This document shows positions 55,779 through 58,128 of a DNA stretch of 58,128 bases, one piece after another. A model generated the notes under the pieces. It was not told the origin of the DNA. It saw only the letters and a program-made list of their open reading frames with translations, and did not search any database. The stretch comes from a virus (lineage: Duplodnaviria; Caudoviricetes). The position numbers and the translations under genes were made by a program. The stretch is from the IMG/VR virus record IMGVR_UViG_3300030104_004696, positions 1 to 58,128 of that record; one strand, 5' to 3'. The first letter of the stretch is position 1, and each line of letters begins with the position of its first letter.

Positions 55779-56927
55779 ATGGCGTGTAATAATTCAGGAG
55801 TTTTCTATTGGGCAGGGGCAAGTTTTCTTACTGCTACCGCTTTGTATACAGATGTTAATTTAACTAACCCAGCCCCTGATGGATGGTATTCTATAGGTGG
55901 TGTTTTTAGGCAAATATCTGGAGGTGTTTTAAGTGCTCCTACCACCTGTCCAACATGCGATGATTTATATTGTCCCACAGGCTTATTAACAGGTAGTGGA
56001 AATGCTGGTAAATATACAATGAATATAAATGTAGGGTCAGATATGGGGGCTATAGTAATTAGGTTTAATCCTGAGAGTAGACCTGATAAATGTACTTGGA
56101 CTTTTGATGGGGTGAGTGCTTCCGAATATAGTCACCCTATAAAAGGTTATATGCAAGGTTTCGTGGGAACTTGGGGTTATAGTATTCCTTATGTCCCTCC
56201 TACAACAAATCCCATCCCTGATTGTACAGCTAATACAGGTAGTGGTTTAGGTGCTTATTATAGTAATGATCCTGCTGTTCAACCACCTCCCTTTGGGCCT
56301 ACACTCCCTACAGGTTCTTTAAATCCTGTGGTACCTACTAATCTTTCTTTATGTGTTAATGCGTGGCCAGGAAATACTCAAACTGTAAATGGGTTTAATT
56401 ATGAATGGGATTTTGCAAGCTCAAGTTTTATGCCTACTCAAACAGGCGGGGTTAATGATATAATTACTTTGGGACCTTATACCACTCCTAACACAGGAAT
56501 ACAATCATCATCTCCTTCTAACACTGGTAGACCTTGGGTTTATATGGTAGTCCCTAAGCCTAACCCTACTCCTGGAACCGTGCAAGTTGTAGTAGAGGGA
56601 TTAGACCCTTCTACACAGTGGAACATAGAAGTTTATTGTCCTGTCAAACTTAGTTCTTGGCCTATTGGTGTAGCGGGAGGATCATGTAGTGCAACTACCG
56701 CAACAACTTTATATACTCAATATGTGGGTACTCCCCCTGCAAGTCCTTTTGTGCCAGGTAGTGCTCCTTATTTATCTAACGGAGATTGGTGTTTTACTGA
56801 TCCTGATGGAGTAACTCCATTTCCTGCAGGAACTTATCCTGTAAATGTTGGTGGAGCAATCCAGTGTGTTACTATAAGTTCAGATGGAGTAATTACTAAC
56901 TTAACCACATGTGTAGGAACATGTTAA
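55779..56927 (+). CDS. Cys/Pro-rich tail appendage protein
   Basis: LYTD..LT.PAPDGWYS and Cys-containing modules similar to the C-terminus of the upstream gene. Confidence 0.6.
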   Translation: MACNNSGVFYWAGASFLTATALYTDVNLTNPAPDGWYSIGGVFRQISGGVLSAPTTCPTCDDLYCPTGLLTGSGNAGKYTMNINVGSDMGAIVIRFNPESRPDKCTWTFDGVSASEYSHPIKGYMQGFVGTWGYSIPYVPPTTNPIPDCTANTGSGLGAYYSNDPAVQPPPFGPTLPTGSLNPVVPTNLSLCVNAWPGNTQTVNGFNYEWDFASSSFMPTQTGGVNDIITLGPYTTPNTGIQSSSPSNTGRPWVYMVVPKPNPTPGTVQVVVEGLDPSTQWNIEVYCPVKLSSWPIGVAGGSCSATTATTLYTQYVGTPPASPFVPGSAPYLSNGDWCFTDPDGVTPFPAGTYPVNVGGAIQCVTISSDGVITNLTTCVGTC

Positions 56928-56945
56928 TTTTAAAAATATAAAACT

Positions 56946-57827
56946 ATGTCAGATCCACTTAAAGCAAATACCTTATCTTACAGTGAAGATGTAAAAGGAT
57001 GGCCTTCTTTTTATTCTTTTCTTCCAGACTATATGTGTGGTATGAACGGTTTTTTCTATAGTTGGAGTGGAGGAAATTTATATCGACACAATACTAATCC
57101 TTTAAGAAATAATTATTATGGGGTTCAATATAGCTCTACTATTCAGTCAGTGTTTAATGTAGAGCCTCAGACTATTAAGTTGTTTAAAACCATGTCATAT
57201 GAAAGTAATGACGCTTGGAATTGTACAGGGTTATTTACAGATTTAAACACTGGCTCTATGCCTGGTACTGGTCCCGCACCTATTCAAACATGGTTTGTGC
57301 AAAAAGAAGGTGAGTGGTTTTCATTCTTAAGAGAAAATTCTACCACCACTAATTTTAGAGACAGATCATCTAATGGTATAGGAGCATCTAATAGTGTAAT
57401 AGGTCCACTTAACGCTATAGTAATTAATTTTAACCTGCAAGATTTAGGGAGTATAGTAACCGTTGGAGATCAAGTTTATTCTATTGTTTCTACAGTACCA
57501 CCAGCAACACCTGGGGTTCCAACTTTTGTGGGAGCAGTAACTAACATTGTAAGGCAACAAACTACAGATGTTGTAACTGGTGTAGTTACATTACCTTCTA
57601 TTACGGTAGATACAGTAGGTCCATACCCACCAGTAGGTACTCCTTTACCTTATCCGTTTCCAGGAGTTGTTCCTCCTATTGGTGATTTTATATTGATAAT
57701 AAAAGATCCTATAGCGGCATCCAATGGTGCTCGTGGATACTTTATGAATTTTACGCTACAAAATGATAATACTGAAGCTGTAGAATTATTTTCTGTCGGT
57801 AGTAGTTCGATGAAAAGTAATCCATAG
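56946..57827 (+). CDS. Tail protein (nozzle C-terminal-like)
   Basis: YSEDVKGWPSFYSF...NNYYG...KLFKT...KEGEWF...GARGY. Confidence 0.65.
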   Translation: MSDPLKANTLSYSEDVKGWPSFYSFLPDYMCGMNGFFYSWSGGNLYRHNTNPLRNNYYGVQYSSTIQSVFNVEPQTIKLFKTMSYESNDAWNCTGLFTDLNTGSMPGTGPAPIQTWFVQKEGEWFSFLRENSTTTNFRDRSSNGIGASNSVIGPLNAIVINFNLQDLGSIVTVGDQVYSIVSTVPPATPGVPTFVGAVTNIVRQQTTDVVTGVVTLPSITVDTVGPYPPVGTPLPYPFPGVVPPIGDFILIIKDPIAASNGARGYFMNFTLQNDNTEAVELFSVGSSSMKSNP

Positions 57828-57835
57828 AATTTTAT

Positions 57836-57843
57836 TATCTTTG
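57836..57843 (+). promoter_or_regulatory. Promoter -7 box TATCTTTG
   Basis: ATG lies 5 nt downstream (57849). Confidence 0.7.
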
Positions 57844-57848
57844 TAGAA

Positions 57849-58128
57849 ATGAAATTAAATATAATGCCACTAAAAAAAGGAGACTATGAAAACATTCTAT
57901 GTAAGTGGTGGAAAGATTGGAGATGGACACCTCCTTCAACAGATTTTTTACCAGAGAACGGAATGGGTGGGTTTATTGTTTATGATGGAGACACACCAAT
58001 TTGTGCGGGGTTTATGTATGTAACTAATTCAAAAGCAACATGGTGTGATTGGATTATCTCTAATTTAAAATATAAAGACAGGCAAAAAAGAAAGGAAGCT
58101 TTGGAATTATTAGTAAAAACTATAAGTA
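57849..58128 (+). CDS. GNAT-fold/internal virion protein A-like gene, 5' part (continues to position 230)
   Basis: MKLNIMPLKKGDYENILCKWWKDWRWTPP...GFIVYDGDTPICAGFMY; ends ...VYKKIGF across the junction; position before internal proteins. Confidence 0.7.
   Translation, partial: MKLNIMPLKKGDYENILCKWWKDWRWTPPSTDFLPENGMGGFIVYDGDTPICAGFMYVTNSKATWCDWIISNLKYKDRQKRKEALELLVKTIS
58030..58127. repeat. Terminal overlap, right copy
   Basis: Identical to bases 1-98. Confidence 0.95.

Noticed and set aside
1-58128. tRNA genes, stop-codon reassignment, diversity-generating retroelement or introns
   Set aside because: No cloverleaf was seen, genes are intact in the standard code, no reverse transcriptase was recognised, and terL and capsid genes are uninterrupted. 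This is by-eye inspection only.

Overview
The window is an apparently complete, circularly permuted genome (about 58.0 kb; bases 1-98 recur at 58030-58127) of a lytic, podovirus-like tailed phage. The host is most likely a Bacteroidota member, because Bacteroidota-type TAnnTTTG promoter boxes precede most operons and leaders are A-rich without Shine-Dalgarno sites. A minus-strand arm (24309 down to 10724) carries small early genes and recombination/replication genes: Sak-like annealing protein, PD-(D/E)xK exonuclease, SSB, primase-helicase, SF2 helicase, VRR-NUC, HNH and two DnaA-domain-IV-like proteins. A plus-strand arm (24829 to the end, wrapping to 10746) carries GroEL/GroES, many small Lys/Arg-rich proteins, lysis genes, tail fibres, terminase, portal, scaffold, major capsid, tail and internal virion proteins. 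The most striking feature is a pair of canonical type I hammerhead ribozymes on the early (minus) strand at 23286-23339 and 23485-23542. Each starts right after a stop codon and cuts 23-24 nt before the next start codon. Together they would excise a 198-nt RNA encoding a 41-aa lipoprotein, whose ends can re-form a hammerhead and might circularise. Other unexplained signals include a two-hairpin RNA at 22285-22360, two origin-like loci sharing a 17-bp motif, a G-tract/C-tract divergence region, a possible TerS-TerL frameshift, and a repeat-flanked cassette in the giant internal protein. All protein calls rest on motifs recognised by eye and on gene order; no database searches were run.
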